NCBI RefSeq assembly: GCF_006345805.1
Contig: NC_043000.1
Location: 49,414,001 to 49,478,000, forward strand
DNA: 64,000 nucleotides
Reading direction: 5' to 3'
Source of the DNA: Octopus sinensis
Taxonomy: Eukaryota
Part shown: positions 38,266 to 51,700 of the stretch, one piece after another
Position numbering within the stretch: the first letter of the stretch is position 1
How the letters are laid out: every line of letters begins with the position of its first letter
Program-made: the position numbers and the translations under genes
The notes under the pieces: generated by a model
What the model was told of the DNA's origin: nothing
The model's input: the letters and a program-made list of their open reading frames with translations, nothing else
Database searches by the model: none

Positions 38266-39112
38266 GTCCCTGTTTATCTTCTCCTTTCTCTTTTTAATGT
38301 TTATTTCAGCAAGTTACCAAACTATCAGTTTGGTCTCCTGGCTAAAACAATAATGACAAATTTTAAAGTTTGCTTGGCATTTTATAAGTGTGAAAGGGGT
38401 TAAAATTTCAATACTCCATATCATAGGTTCCGACAAGAATAGGTAGAAAATCAGAGCTTGAGACAAGAAGACACTTTCGACTAATCAGAATTCTGTTTAT
38501 ATAATCAGTTTGATTGATCACCTTCATCAGTCAGTTGAATAAAGTGTCATCCAAGCTGATGTTTATTGGTAATTAAACTTATTTTTCAACACTTATGCAT
38601 ATTTATCAGCTTTGTTTTTGTTAATAAGAATTATCAACAACTTTGCCTGTGATTGTGATTTGAGATGACATACAGAAGTATACTAAAGAGTGGAGATAAT
38701 CTCTTGTGGGCAAGAAATGTAAAGTAAAGATTATTATAAACAGCACAAACACTTTGTAAATTAATAGCTTTCAATGTGATACCTGTTAAACAGAAATTAT
38801 TTTTTATTTAAGGAAAATTTAATAAAATATAATCATAAGTGAAATTATGCTAAATACAACTAAACTGAAAACCTTTTTCCCCTGGCCACATTGCCAATTC
38901 TGAAAACTATTTGGTGTGAATTTTACAAGAGTAGAAGCATTTTTTAACAATATATTCCTGAAAATCACCGGCGTAAATTACACAGGTATGCAAATTACAT
39001 GGGTTTTTATGGTACTTCCTACATACACATAAAAATACATGCACATACACACACATTTATTTGCCTGTATATATGTATGTATGCATGCACATATGTATGT
39101 GTGTGTTTGTGC

Positions 39113-39144
<32 letters not shown>

Positions 39145-39376
39145 TCTTTTCTTCTTTTATTCTTTTACATGTTTCAGTCATTTGACTGTGGCCATGTTGG
39201 AGCACTGCCTTTAGTCGAGCAAATCAATCCCAGGACTTATTCTTTGTAAGCCTAGTACTTATTCTATCAGCTCCTTTTGCCAAACCGCTAAGTCACAGAG
39301 ACATAAACACACCAGCATGGGTTGTCAAGCAATGTTAGGGGGGAACAAACATAGACACATAAAAATATACACCCAT

Positions 39377-39411
<35 letters not shown>

Positions 39412-41655
39412 ATATATATATATATACACATATAAAAAGAGCAGATTATCATATTTGATCTGGTGAGTCAAAATTAATTTTTAATCAATTACAATTAAAA
39501 TTCTAATGAGAAAAAATTTAAAAAATGATCAGAGTAAATGAAAAATTATTCTCAGAAGGAGCAAAAGGGGGAACTTGGAAAATTTCAATCATTCAGAAAG
39601 AAAGATCTGGTGAAAGAAGAGTGACTCTGATCTTTGGCAACAATGTGGACAACTTTAGACATGTTTCAATCCTTTTGAACTCTCTCATTGTAGCATAGCC
39701 CAGTCAATAGCTGCCAACAAGCCAGAATGATGCACACGTAAACACACACACAGAGGAAGAACATGAGATAGAGGAATAAAATATTTGATGTTGCTTTTAT
39801 AGTTTAAATCCAAGTGGACACGCATTTGGTTGATCCATAATGAAAAGCTTTTCACCAGGTCTTCTTTCATGTATAGAGCACTCTATATTATTCAATGCAT
39901 CTTTGCTTTCAAGATTGTAGAGTAGGTCTTGAGAGCAATTTGGGTAGCATTTATATCCTGTTAAATTATCATGTAGAGTCTTCTTATTGGTTTGTGAGAG
40001 AAAGTGAGAGAGAGAGAGTGGATGAGGAGGAATTTGACAGACAGACAGACACATAAAATCTAGCAGTAAAAACCATGTGAGAGGTCTCAAGAATCTGTAG
40101 AACCTACGTGATTTACTCATTTTGTTTGTTTGGGTTTTTTTTCCCAGTTTCATTTTCTATTGAACAGCACAGAATATTATTTTGGATCTGTAAATATTTC
40201 AGAACATTTTTCTGCAGTTTGTTGCAGTGTTTTGTTTTTTAGTTTTTTTCACTTGTTTTTTTTAGATTAGAAATTAGTTCTTGCCACCCAGTTCTTCTTC
40301 CTGCATCAGTAACCACCTGTAAAACTTAAATCACAAAGCCACACAAAGAGACCTCAGAAATAAAAAATATTTACGAATATATTTTAAAAAATAACTCCCT
40401 GAGCTTACTTACACACAAACACTATTTACACCAAAAAACAAAAAAAAACAAAAAAACAATAGCTAAGCAGGCCATAATATATTTAAGATAGTGAATATTA
40501 AATATCTAATTAAAAATATTTGTGGTGAGAAGGCAACAATAGCTGGATGACTGATACTATTCGAATCATTTTGACAAGTATGTGAAATAAGTCTGGGTAT
40601 ATTTCCATTTTGTTAGAGCTATGTATTGAAACAAAAACTTCACCTCACTTGCCATGTAGTGGTGAGAGAATCCTTAAGTAGATGTCCAAGATTGTAAGTA
40701 CATGGGTAAAAAATAAAACCCATAGCTGTCACTTGCAAGTGAAAATGACTTCAGAGCACTCACCGTACTTGTACATTGTTTTAGGTGCCTACGTAGATGC
40801 AAGTAGACATAAATATCCTCTCAGTTCTTCCATCCTTGGCCCAATAGAACATCCAGGATGTGACAAATTGAGAGAAAGACAGATATGTCAACACTCAGTG
40901 TGTACTCATTTCAGCTGAGTAGACTGATGCAATGTGAAATTAGGTGGCTTTCTTAAGGATACAACATGCTATCTAGTCCAGGAACTGAGCCTGTGAATTC
41001 AGGACTGTAAGTGCAGCACCTTGGCCACTAGACCATGCATTTTTTCTTTTTTATAAGTAATGAGTAGGCATGAAAAATAAGCAAATTGTACACTAAAGTT
41101 AATGGAGAAAAGGAGAGAGAGAAAGATAAAAGTAACAGAAGAATGATAGTGAAAGGCAAGGAGGGGGAGGAAAGCTAAGCAACAGGCAAAATTGGACAAC
41201 TGAAGGACAGGGACATGAGAAAAAAGAAGCTGGGAGGAAACAGAAACAGGAGGAGGAGGAGATGATAAAGCAGGAAGATAACAAAAGTGGGAGGAACAAG
41301 AGGTTGCAGAAGGTGGTAAAAGTTACAACTACAAGGAAAATTAGCAACACAAAAATAAGCATTAGCAAAATATTATGAAAAATAATTTTAAAAAATTTCA
41401 AATTAAATATATATGATGCTTTTATTCTCCACTTTCCTCATAAAAAAATGTACATAAATATACATCACACAAAAACAACAAATATATTTGCATAAATGCA
41501 AAAGTTATAAAGTATTTCTTTAGGTCAATGCTTCATGTGTTCAAACGAAATAAAATAATAACAGTAAACAATGCAACTATCTCAAGTGCTGCTGACTACT
41601 AAGGCAGAAATGAATAGAGAGTTCACATAAGACACAAACCTATATATACAGTGTG

Positions 41656-41746
<91 letters not shown>

Positions 41747-43293
41747 AAGGAAAGATTTGCAGATACAAATGTGTCTGATTGGGTTATTTATTTTCTTTTG
41801 CTGATAAACTGAAGAAAAGAAAAAAACACTAAACAAAAAGCATACTGAATTCATTTCTGTGTTTACTAAGTTCATTGAACTAAGAGCCATATTATTGGTC
41901 AGTGTGGGTCTGTGTACACTGAGGTGGTTACTGAAATTATTGAAATGAGTAGAGGAATAGAAAATCTAGAAAGATAAGAGAAAAGAAACAGTTGTGAGTG
42001 CATGTGTGTGTATGTATGGAAAGATATATACACACATATATATATATAAATATACACATGTGTAAATATACAAACATATATATAAATACACATGCGAGTG
42101 TGCACACATGTATGTGTATGCATATATATATATATATATATACACATATATGTGCATTTATATATGTATATATATAAATACATGCATTGTATAAATATAG
42201 ATAGATAATAGGAACTGATGATGAAAAACATACTGAATTATATTGATATTTACTAAGTTAATTGAACAAAAAACCCATATTATTGGCTAAATAGAGGAAA
42301 TGAAGGGGCAGGGTTAAATGTTGAGCTGGCTATTGAAAATAGAATAAAGACACCAAATCTGAAAAGAAAACAATAGGGTGAAAGAGGAAGGAAAATAATA
42401 AACATACACACAAACAAATATAATGTAATATAATATATAATTGTAATATAATATATAATATTATATATAATATTATATAATATAAAAAGCAACAAAAGTG
42501 TAATTGACAGTTCTGACAAAAGTAATTGTAAGATTCTATCTGAAGTAGAAAAATAATGCCAAGACAGTCATATATGGAAATATATAAAATATTGGCTAAA
42601 ACAACAATATCAAATACAACAACATAAACAAACTACAACAATATATTGTGTTGGTGCTATGTGTATATGTCTGTGGGCTTAGGGTTAAACAAGAAGGTAT
42701 GCATTAATGTGTGAATACGTATGTATGTACATGTGTGTATGTTTGTGTGTGTGTGTGTGCACATGTATGTATATCTATCCATCTATCTATATTTATTTGT
42801 TTATTTATATCAAATGGTAGGGATCACAGCCCTTGTGGTCATTAGATCAGTAGCTTCCAGCATATGATTGGCTAGGAAGATACTCTGAGGGAGACACTAT
42901 AGACCAACCAACTGGTAGATTGTTTGATAAGCAATTTTCTATTCTTTGTTAAAAAAAACTGGAAAGTGGAAAAATATAGAAGATAAAACAGGTATTTCAC
43001 AACCCCAGATCTACAAGTAACATACGTAACTTGTAGCATGCATTAAATTCAATAAAGTTAAACAGGTGGCCAATAAATATATAAACAGAAATATTAATAT
43101 TTCTAAATCTCTGAAATAGAGACATTCAGAACAGGAAGTTGTTACTGTTCATTAGACCCAAGAATCATTATTTCTAGCTGGCTAATCGACACACTATATT
43201 TTAGACCAGTGAATTCAGCATCTCCACCCCACACTGAACAACATCCCTTTCAGGACAGCCATATTATTTGGGCAATTAGCTTTTACTTTAATA

Positions 43294-43332
<39 letters not shown>

Positions 43333-43410
43333 CATACATATATATGTGCATGTATATATTTATATAAGAATAAATGTTTTATATATAAAGAAATATATAT
43401 ATAAAATAAT

Positions 43411-43637
43411 ATGTTACAAATACTCAATAGTCAAGATAAAACTCTGAGTTTCAGATGCTGAAGTGGAAATCCACAACACCATCTCTTCGGTTATCTGGCC
43501 ATATGAAAAAACGCTTTCTTTTTTTTTTTCATAGCGTTTTTTCATATGGCCAGATAACCGAAGAGATGGTGTTGTGGATTTCCACTTCGGCGTCTGAAAC
43601 TCAGAGTTTTATCTTGACTATTGAGTATTTGTAACAT
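43411..43637. mobile_element. Young fold-back palindrome E (105-bp arms, 17-nt spacer); the + arm continues to ~43720
   Basis: 43411-43515 is the reverse complement of 43533-43637 with only 2 mismatches, both C/T at CpG. Confidence 0.92.
43552..43614 (+). ncRNA. Putative type I hammerhead ribozyme, CCGA core variant (mirror copy 43434-43496 on the - strand)
   Basis: AGAUAA-CCGAAGA-GAUG-[22 nt]-C(G/A)UC-U-GAAAC-UCAGA-GUU^UUAUCU. Stem I is 6 bp and perfect, stem II is 4 bp, helix III is a near-palindrome (ACUC-A-GAGU). Confidence 0.55.
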
Positions 43638-45654
43638 TATTTTATAGATAAATTTCCTCTATTTACATAATATTGAGGTCTTTTTCTTTCTTTTGTTATC
43701 TTACCGTTTTTACCAATATATATAAATATATATATATATATGTATCATGGGATTCCTGTACTCAAGCTCTATCAGAAAAGTTAAATTCAAATATAGTCTT
43801 CTTTTGAAATAAGAATAATATTTGGAGTCAGTCAATTTCAGGCTTTAATCTTCTTTTTTACCTCAGTACTTTTTTTTCTGTAGAGGCACAATGGCCAAGT
43901 GGTTAGGGTAGCAGACTTGCAGTTTTGATTCCCAGACTAGGTGTTTTGTGTGTTTAATGAGCGAAAACACCTAAAGCTCCACAAGGCTCTGGCAGGGGGT
44001 GGTGGCGACCCCTGTTGTACTCTTTCACCCCAACTTTCTCTCACTCTTTCTTCCTATTTCTTGAGTAACACTGCAATGGACTGGCATCCCGTCCAGCTGG
44101 TGGGAACACATATGTCACAGAAACCGGGAAACCAGGCCCATGAGCCTGGCTAGGCTTGAAAAGGGCACATAAATAAATAAAATTATTTTTTTTCTACTCA
44201 ATATTTTTGCATATAACTAACATGGATAGATTCCTGTCATCGAGGTCTATCATATAAGCTTAAGTGAAATACAGATTTTTTAAAAAAAATATATAGATGT
44301 CCGGCATTATTCTCCTGTTTGTGACCTCACATATTTGACTCAGACTTTTTTTCTACAGAACCAATTTTCAAATTTTTTAGCTCTAAATGTAGCTGATGAT
44401 GTGATTAATTTAAAAATGTAAACATCATCTAATTTGGTTAAAAACTGAGTAGTGACAAAGCCTAGTACTGGTTATGAATGAGTAAATGTTGACCTTAAGA
44501 GTATTATTCACACACCACTGTTTTCTGAAAAGATTAGCCCTATGACACTTGTTCTGATGAGTTCTATCATATGAGATAGAAAAACGGTTTTAGGTTTTCA
44601 ATCTGATTTTAGGTGTTACCACTGTTTTACGGCACATTTGATCCCAATAGTTATTTATTTAAAATTTTCTTTTGATATAATAAGCATCATCAGATTCTTC
44701 ATGTGGAGGTCTATCAGAAAAGTTGAATTTAAATTTTCAAATTTTGTAACTGAAAATGTAGCTTAGGATGTGACCTATCTCAAAATGTCAACGTCACCTA
44801 ATTTGGTTAAAAACTGAGTTAGTGACAAAACCTAGAAGTGGTCACAAGTGAGTAAATGTTGACCTTAAGAATATTATTCACACACTACAGTGTGTGAATC
44901 ATACATACATATGTATGTACGTATGTATGTACATACACATGTACAAGCATTCATACATTTGTAAAATGCATACATACATACATACAAAAATACATACATA
45001 CATATGTACACACATATGTGCATACATACATATGTGCATATATATGCGTGTACATATGTGCGTACATAAATGCATATGTACGTACATACACATGCACACA
45101 TACATACACACACATACATGCAAACACACACACACAAGCACACCTATATAATTTGCCTACTGTTAAAAAGAATTTTCACAGAATAAGAATTATTTATGCT
45201 ATGGATTCTATACAAAAGATTCCGATTTGACAATAAATATCACTTAATATGCCTCTTCATTAGCATTCTATCAAAATAGGGGGAGTTTCGAATCCAATGA
45301 AACTAGTGATTGTTTGCATCAAGAAAAATCAATTAACATAAATTTCTGAAGATTTGTAAAGTTTATTGGCTTTAGCCTTTCATCTCCAATTGAGAAGTCA
45401 GTTTTAAAATGAAGTGGGCAAATTTATTTGTTGAAGGGAAGGTTGGATGTGTAAAAGAAATGTGTAGGAATGTGAGGAGAAGTCAGAAATGTTAGGTAAA
45501 CAAAAAGAGGATCAAATAACTAACTGTACAATAAAATAGATATACTTATTTCTTATGCAATTACAAAAGAAATGGGATTAAAGTGACAGGTTAGAGTATT
45601 GTATGCTCAATATCAACAATAGAGTATTTTTGTATGTATGTATGTATGTGTGTG

Positions 45655-46213
45655 TGTGTGTGAGAGGCATTATTCTGTTTTATTTCAAGATTTCTTGCAA
45701 ATAGAAAAAAAAAAAAAACAGTTACTGATCTAGATCTAAGGCTCCTTCATTGGTATTTCAACAACATCAGCAGGGTATCTTTGCTTGCTTGTGTATATAT
45801 GGACAGTATTTGGAGTCAGTGCATGTGCAGATTTGTATGTTTTATGTATGTATTCTCATGCATATAGTTGCATATCTTGACATGCTCATATATATTTAAA
45901 TGATAAACATCGGGAAAGTTTTGTATGTATGTATGTATGTATGTATGTATGTATGTATGTATGTATGTATGTATGTATGTGTATGTATGTATGTGTGTGT
46001 GTGTGTGTGTGGTGTGTGTGTGTGTGGTGTGTGTGTGTGTGTATGCATGCAGATTTGTATGTTTTATGTATGTATTCTCATGCATATAGTTGCATATCTT
46101 GACATGCTCATATATATTTAAATGATAAACATCGGGAAAGTTTTGTATGTATGTATGTATGTATGTATGTATGTATGTATGTATGTATGTGTGTGTGTGT
46201 TGTGTGTGTGTGT

Positions 46214-46247
<34 letters not shown>

Positions 46248-46590
46248 CATGCATGCAGATTTGTATGTTTTAGGTATGTATTCTCATGCATATAGTTGCA
46301 TATCTTGACATGCTCATATATATTTAAATGATAAACATCGGGAAAGTTTTGTATGTATGTATGTATGTATGTATGTATGCACGCACGTGTGTGTGTGTGT
46401 GAGAGGCATTATTCTGTTTTATTTCAAGATTTCTTGCAAATAGAAAAAAAAAAAAAAAAGTTACTGATCTAGATCTAAGGCTCCTTCATTGGTATTTCAA
46501 CAACATCAGCAGGGTATCTTTGCTTGCTTGTGTATATATGGACAGTATTTGGAGTCAGTGCATGTGCAGATTTGTATGTTTTGTTTTATG
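45655..46590. repeat. Complex recent tandem duplication: ~200-bp block repeated at 45655 and 46395, enclosing three ~200-bp units with (TATG)n/(TG)n
   Basis: Near-identical gagaggcattattctg...gcagatttgtatgtttt twice; gcagatttgtatg...catcgggaaagttttg three times (~45827, 46028, 46254). Confidence 0.9.
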
Positions 46591-46661
46591 CATGTATTCT
46601 CATGTATGTATATATGTATGCATGTAGGTATGTGTGAAGAGATGCGTGTGTATATATATAT

Positions 46662-46710
<49 letters not shown>

Positions 46711-46714
46711 CTTT

Positions 46715-46914
46715 AACTTGTTTCAGTCATTTGACTACAGCTATGCTGGAGTGCCCCTTTATTCAAACACATGAGCCCCAGGACTTATTCTTTGTAAGCC
46801 TAGTACTTATTCTATCAGTCTCTTTTGCCAAACTGTTAAGTTAAAGGGACGTAAATACTCCAAAATTGGTTGTCAAGTGATAGTAGGGAGACAAACACAG
46901 ACACTCAAATACAT

Positions 46915-46947
<33 letters not shown>

Positions 46948-47440
46948 CATGATGGGCTTCTTTCAGTTTCTGTCTACCAAATCCACTCACAACGCTTTCA
47001 TAAACCCAAAGCTTCAGTAGAAGACACGTGGGACTCAACCCAGAACCATGTGGTTGAGAAGCAAGCTTCTTACCACACAGCCATACATATATTCTTTTAC
47101 TTGTTTCAGTCATTTGATTGTGGCCATGCTGGAGCATCACCTTAATGTGCTTTAGTCAAATTGATCCCAGGACTTACTTTAGAGGGCTCTTTTGCTGAAC
47201 TGCTAAGTTATGGGGATGTGAATACATCAGCATCAGTTGTCAAGCGATGGTGGTGTGAAAAAACACAAAAAAAGCTACATAAATATATATACAATGGGCT
47301 TCTTTCAGTTTCTGTCTACCAAATCCACTTACAAGGCTTTGGTTGGCCTGAGTCTGTAGTAGAAGACACTTGCCCAAGGTGAACCAGAACCATGTGATGG
47401 GAAGTAAGCTTCTTACCACACAGCTATACCTGTGCCTATA
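46715..47440 (-). mobile_element. Two tandem S1 SINE copies
   Basis: S1 pattern at 46715-47086 and again at 47093-47440. Confidence 0.8.
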
Positions 47441-47698
47441 TATACATGGCGGCTAGCTGGCAGAAACGTTAGCATGCCGGGCAAAATGCGTAGCTGTATT
47501 TCGTCTGCTGTTACGTTCCGAGTTCAAATTCAGCCAAGGTCGACTTTGCCTTTCATCCTTTCGAGGTTGATAAATTAAGTACCAGTTATGCAGTGGGGTC
47601 GATATAATCGACTTAATACGTTTGTCTGTACTTGTTTGTCCCTCTGTGTTTAGCCTTTTGTGGGTAGTAAAGAAATATATATATACATGCATGTGTGT

Positions 47699-47745
<47 letters not shown>

Positions 47746-47752
47746 AAGAGAT

Positions 47753-47807
<55 letters not shown>

Positions 47808-48985
47808 CTATGCATATATACAATTCTTGGATTGTAAAACAGAACTATTGTTTAAAGCCCCTCACTAAAAAGTAATTGCTAAGAATCTGTTCTTAGCAAT
47901 TTGATGCATCTTTTTTTTTTATCTAAGAGGTTTAAGTAAGGATGTTTCAAAAGAAAAGGCATTGTAGGAGATACAAACAGTGCAAAGCAAAAAAAAAAAC
48001 AAAAACATAAAAAAAGACAAAACACAAAAAAAGACATGAATAGGGAATTATTTATTTATTTATTTATTTATTTAATGTTTTTGAGTCTGGCTGTTTCCAG
48101 TGGAAATTATTAGCTTCAATCTTAAAACAGGTACATAAAAAGAATAACAACAATACAAAAAAAAAAAAATCTGCCCCTCACCCCACCCCCACTACCCCCA
48201 TCCACCACCCACCAAAAACAAATAACATTAAAACAACCGATGATCAAACAGCTCTTTGGAAGTTCGATGGAAATGTGTTTGCGTGAGTGCATGCATTTGC
48301 AAGTGAGTGAATGAGTGAGTGTGTATGTGTGTGCATGTATGTGTATTTATGTGTGTGTTGGGTGGATAAGGCTGATTATTGCGCCTGACTGGATTTATGA
48401 GGTTTTTTTTTGTTTGTTTGTTTGTTTGTTGTTTTTTTTATTCTTCTCATCTATTTGTATGATGAGATACACAGCAAGATTACTACAGGTGCATGTGTAC
48501 ACCAAACAAGAGAGACAGGCAGCGGGAAGGAAGGAAGGAAGGAAAGAAGGAAGAAAGGAAGGAATGGTACACTACTGACTATGTGATGTCTGGTGATACG
48601 AAATGAAATCTCTTTGCTCAAATGGTACAACAAATAAACAAACATCCAAAAAAAAAAAAAAAGATAGAAAATGCAAAATAACAGCAATATTCCCAATATA
48701 TATTGATATGGAGTTTCTTAGTGAAGAGTGGTTGTGCTACTGAGATTTTCCCTGTTTGATACTGTCAAAGCGAGTGTGCTATTGTTAGTAGTAGTAGTAG
48801 TAGTAGTTGTGTCTTATAGCAATGAAGACATACAAACCTACATGTGTATATATGCACGTACATATATACACATGCATTTATATATATGTATATATATATA
48901 TATCAACATGTGATCTCTTGAGCACCACCAGCAAAAAAAATTTTTTTCCTCTGTCTTCCCTTCTCGGGATCTTTCCTTCTCCTTT

Positions 48986-49020
48986 GTTTCCGACGAAGAG
49001 CTCCGCTCGAAACGTTAAAC
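48986..49020 (+). ncRNA. Putative minimal (dimer-type) type I hammerhead ribozyme, CCGA core variant, in a pLTR-like fragment (~48950-49120)
   Basis: GUUU-CCGACGA-A-GAGC-UCC-GCUC-GAAA-CG-UU^AAAC. Stem I is 4 bp, stem II is 4 bp with a G-C closing pair, helix III is the loopless palindrome ACGU. Confidence 0.6.
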
Positions 49021-49115
49021 CCTCCTTCCCTTCTTTCCTGAGCATCAAATAATACTTTAATTGTTCCACATCCTCGCGTTGCTGTGTTTTTTTCTGTGTT
49101 TTCTTGTTTGGATTA

Positions 49116-49150
<35 letters not shown>

Positions 49151-49397
49151 GTGCACTTTTAAAGCCTAGTCAGGTTCATGGGCCCGGTTTCCCAGTTTCT
49201 ATGGCGTATGTGTTCCCCAGCTGGATGGGACACCAGTCCATCGCAGCGTTACTCATTTTTGCCAGCTGAGTGGACTGGAGCAACGTGAAATGAAGTGTTT
49301 TGCTCAAGAACACAACATCTCGCCCAGTCCAGCTATCAAAACCACAATCGTACGATCATGATGCTGACACCGTAACCACTAAGCCATGCGCCTCCAC

Positions 49398-49430
<33 letters not shown>

Positions 49431-50470
49431 ATATATATATATATAATATATATATATATGTATGTATGTATACACACATGTATGCACATACATGCATAGC
49501 AATAAATACTGATACACACACACACACACACACACACAGAAATATGTATATGTTTGTATGTTTGTCTTTCTTCATGATTTATTGAACATACGACCTTATG
49601 GAGGAGGTGTTTGGGGGGCTCTACCACCCACCCGATCCCCATCCTAGGAATAATAGGTGAAGAAGATGAATTCATGGATAAATTTATTCAAGAGTTTTCT
49701 TTTGCAGAATTCAAGACTGCCACTAACAAAATGACAAAAATCTTTAGTTTAAGTCAAGCCAGGGTTTAAGGTAATCTAGAATTGTTGGTGTAAGCACAGA
49801 TGTGTATGTGTATGTGTGTGTGTGTAAATTCCAAATGTGTTTCTGATTGTATGTTTATATGCAGCACAGGAGCCTCAAAGGAAGAATATCTGTGATGCAT
49901 TACAGATTTTCACTGTACCACTAATCAATTGTATTCAGAGAATATGAATCAATTTTCACTTTGTTCTACTTTAGAAAACCCACAGCATTTCAGGACTTTT
50001 ATATGCAAGTTTTTTGTTATGCAACCAATGCTCCTATGATAATAGATACAAATGAAAATTATAGCCTGGATATAGAAGCCGTAAATCTCTCATTAGTTCC
50101 CTATAGATGTTCTCTTTTCAAGAATATAACTGATACTAGAAAGTCAATCTTAATTTATGATGATTTCTACTGCTGTCTGGCATATCTATGGGAAGCTATA
50201 ACAGGGCTGAGGTAGCTAATTTCATCAGGCTGTCTTGGATACTTTAAGGAATGTACATACCCTCAGGGTACAGGCATGGTGGTCAGACAATCTCAAGCTA
50301 AATTAATTGCCATGCCATAGAGAAATTCAGGAAGAATCTGATAAGTGACCTTCAGTGATTTCAATCTAACTATTATATTGCTATTGCCAACCCGAAGGTT
50401 GACTTCATATCCTCTGAGACCTAAGCAAAGTAAGTACAGCCCCTACAGAAAGCCCAGTAAGGTGACTGTT

Positions 50471-50860
50471 TACACTCATAGACACTGCAACCACCACCAA
50501 CTCAACTGTAATTAGAAACCTAGTCACGAGCATTGATAGAAGAATCTATGACAGGATCACACCTCACTATAATGAGGTATTAGAAAGGAGTGCATTTATC
50601 AAAAAGATGTGTTATAATACTATTCCACACATACAAAAACAGCCATACTAACAATCCAACATACCTCCATCATCAGTTGCCCCACAGATATCATTATGGT
50701 TTCGACACTTGGGCAGTACCATTCAATCTGGTGGTGTCAACAGTGCTAAATAAGTATTGTTTTGGTACAAACATATCAAAGAAACCACAACTTTCAAACA
50801 CATTTACCCTATATACAACATTATCAGTAAATAAATTCAATTAGTAAATCTATAACTAAC
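50471..50860 (+). pseudogene. Penelope-like retroelement ORF remnant (RT thumb/linker region), copy 1
   Basis: YTHRHCNH..STVIRNLVTSIDRRIYDRITPHYNEVLERSAFIKKMCY, then II-WF..PFNLVVST (frameshifted). Resembles the PLE pattern SNHPP.VI.NL..SI.RRIS...AP.YN.AL..SGF...RNIIWFNPPF. Confidence 0.6.
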
Positions 50861-51081
50861 TCCTAAACACATAACTAAATAGCAACCAATCCTTTAAGTC
50901 ATACAAAAAAATTTTCCCTACCGTTTTCTATCGTATAATATAAAAGCGAAAGCTTAATAACCACATTCATTTAATCTAAATATAGGCAGGATTAAATACT
51001 AACTTTATCAGTAAGTTATTATAATATGCTATATATAGAGGAACCCATCCCCCACTTCTGAACCCAAAGAGTGTCAGAAAG

Positions 51082-51700
51082 AGAAAAATAGTCTAGTTGA
51101 ATCCTCAATGCAACTTGAGAATTTCCAATAACATAGCTTGGAGCTACTTAATGCTAATTAGAAAGCATTTCCCAAGAACCCAGAGATTATATAAATGCTT
51201 CAGTCTCCATAATGTCATGGTCAGCTGCTCATTTTAGATAACATCACTTCAAGTATTGCACACACCTACGCAATCACCAACCCACATTCCTACTTCTAAC
51301 CATCAAAATCCTACCAGCTGCCACCTGAGACAATCCTGCCTCTCAAAGACTGTTGTCTATAGAACTCACCTTACGCTGCCTGATGTCATCACAAGACACT
51401 ACACAGGCATGACAGTTGATAACTTTAAGAAAATGTACACACAGTACATGCACTCTTTCAAGTGCAGGGACAGGGAAAACTTCACCTTCTGTTATGCTTC
51501 ATCTGCAGACTTTGTGACTATCGAAATGACTTCCCCAACATCAAATGGAGTACTTTTAACATGGCCCCCTCTTCACTCATGTGGAGCTTTCAATTGCCAA
51601 CTCTCTCCCATGATAAACTATACATACTCCACCAACCTGTAGTATACATTCATTATATGCATCTCTGATGGCATTTTATTGATGCCATCAGAAATACACA
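51082..51700 (+). pseudogene. Penelope-like retroelement C-terminus with GIY-YIG endonuclease, copy 2
   Basis: RKIV*LNPQCNLRISNNIAWSYLMLIRKHFPRTQRLYKCFSLHNVMVS; then SCHLRQSCLSKTVVYRTHLTLPDVITRHYTGMTVDNFKKMYTQYMHSFK (VVY...YTG = GIY-YIG, ORF 51256-51642); then FPNIKWS..APS...DKLYIL in the adjacent frame. Confidence 0.8.

Noticed and set aside
38466-38535. Minus-strand CUGAUGA...stem...GAAAG-UGUC
   Set aside because: Needs a 4-nt insertion before stem II, and helix III and stem I do not pair; kept only as a possible very old relic.
44555-44590. CUGAUGAG followed by the 7-bp hairpin TTCTATC/GATAGAA
   Set aside because: The GAAA is consumed by the stem, there is no G10.1-C11.1 pair and no stem I; it lies within the degenerate tandem module.
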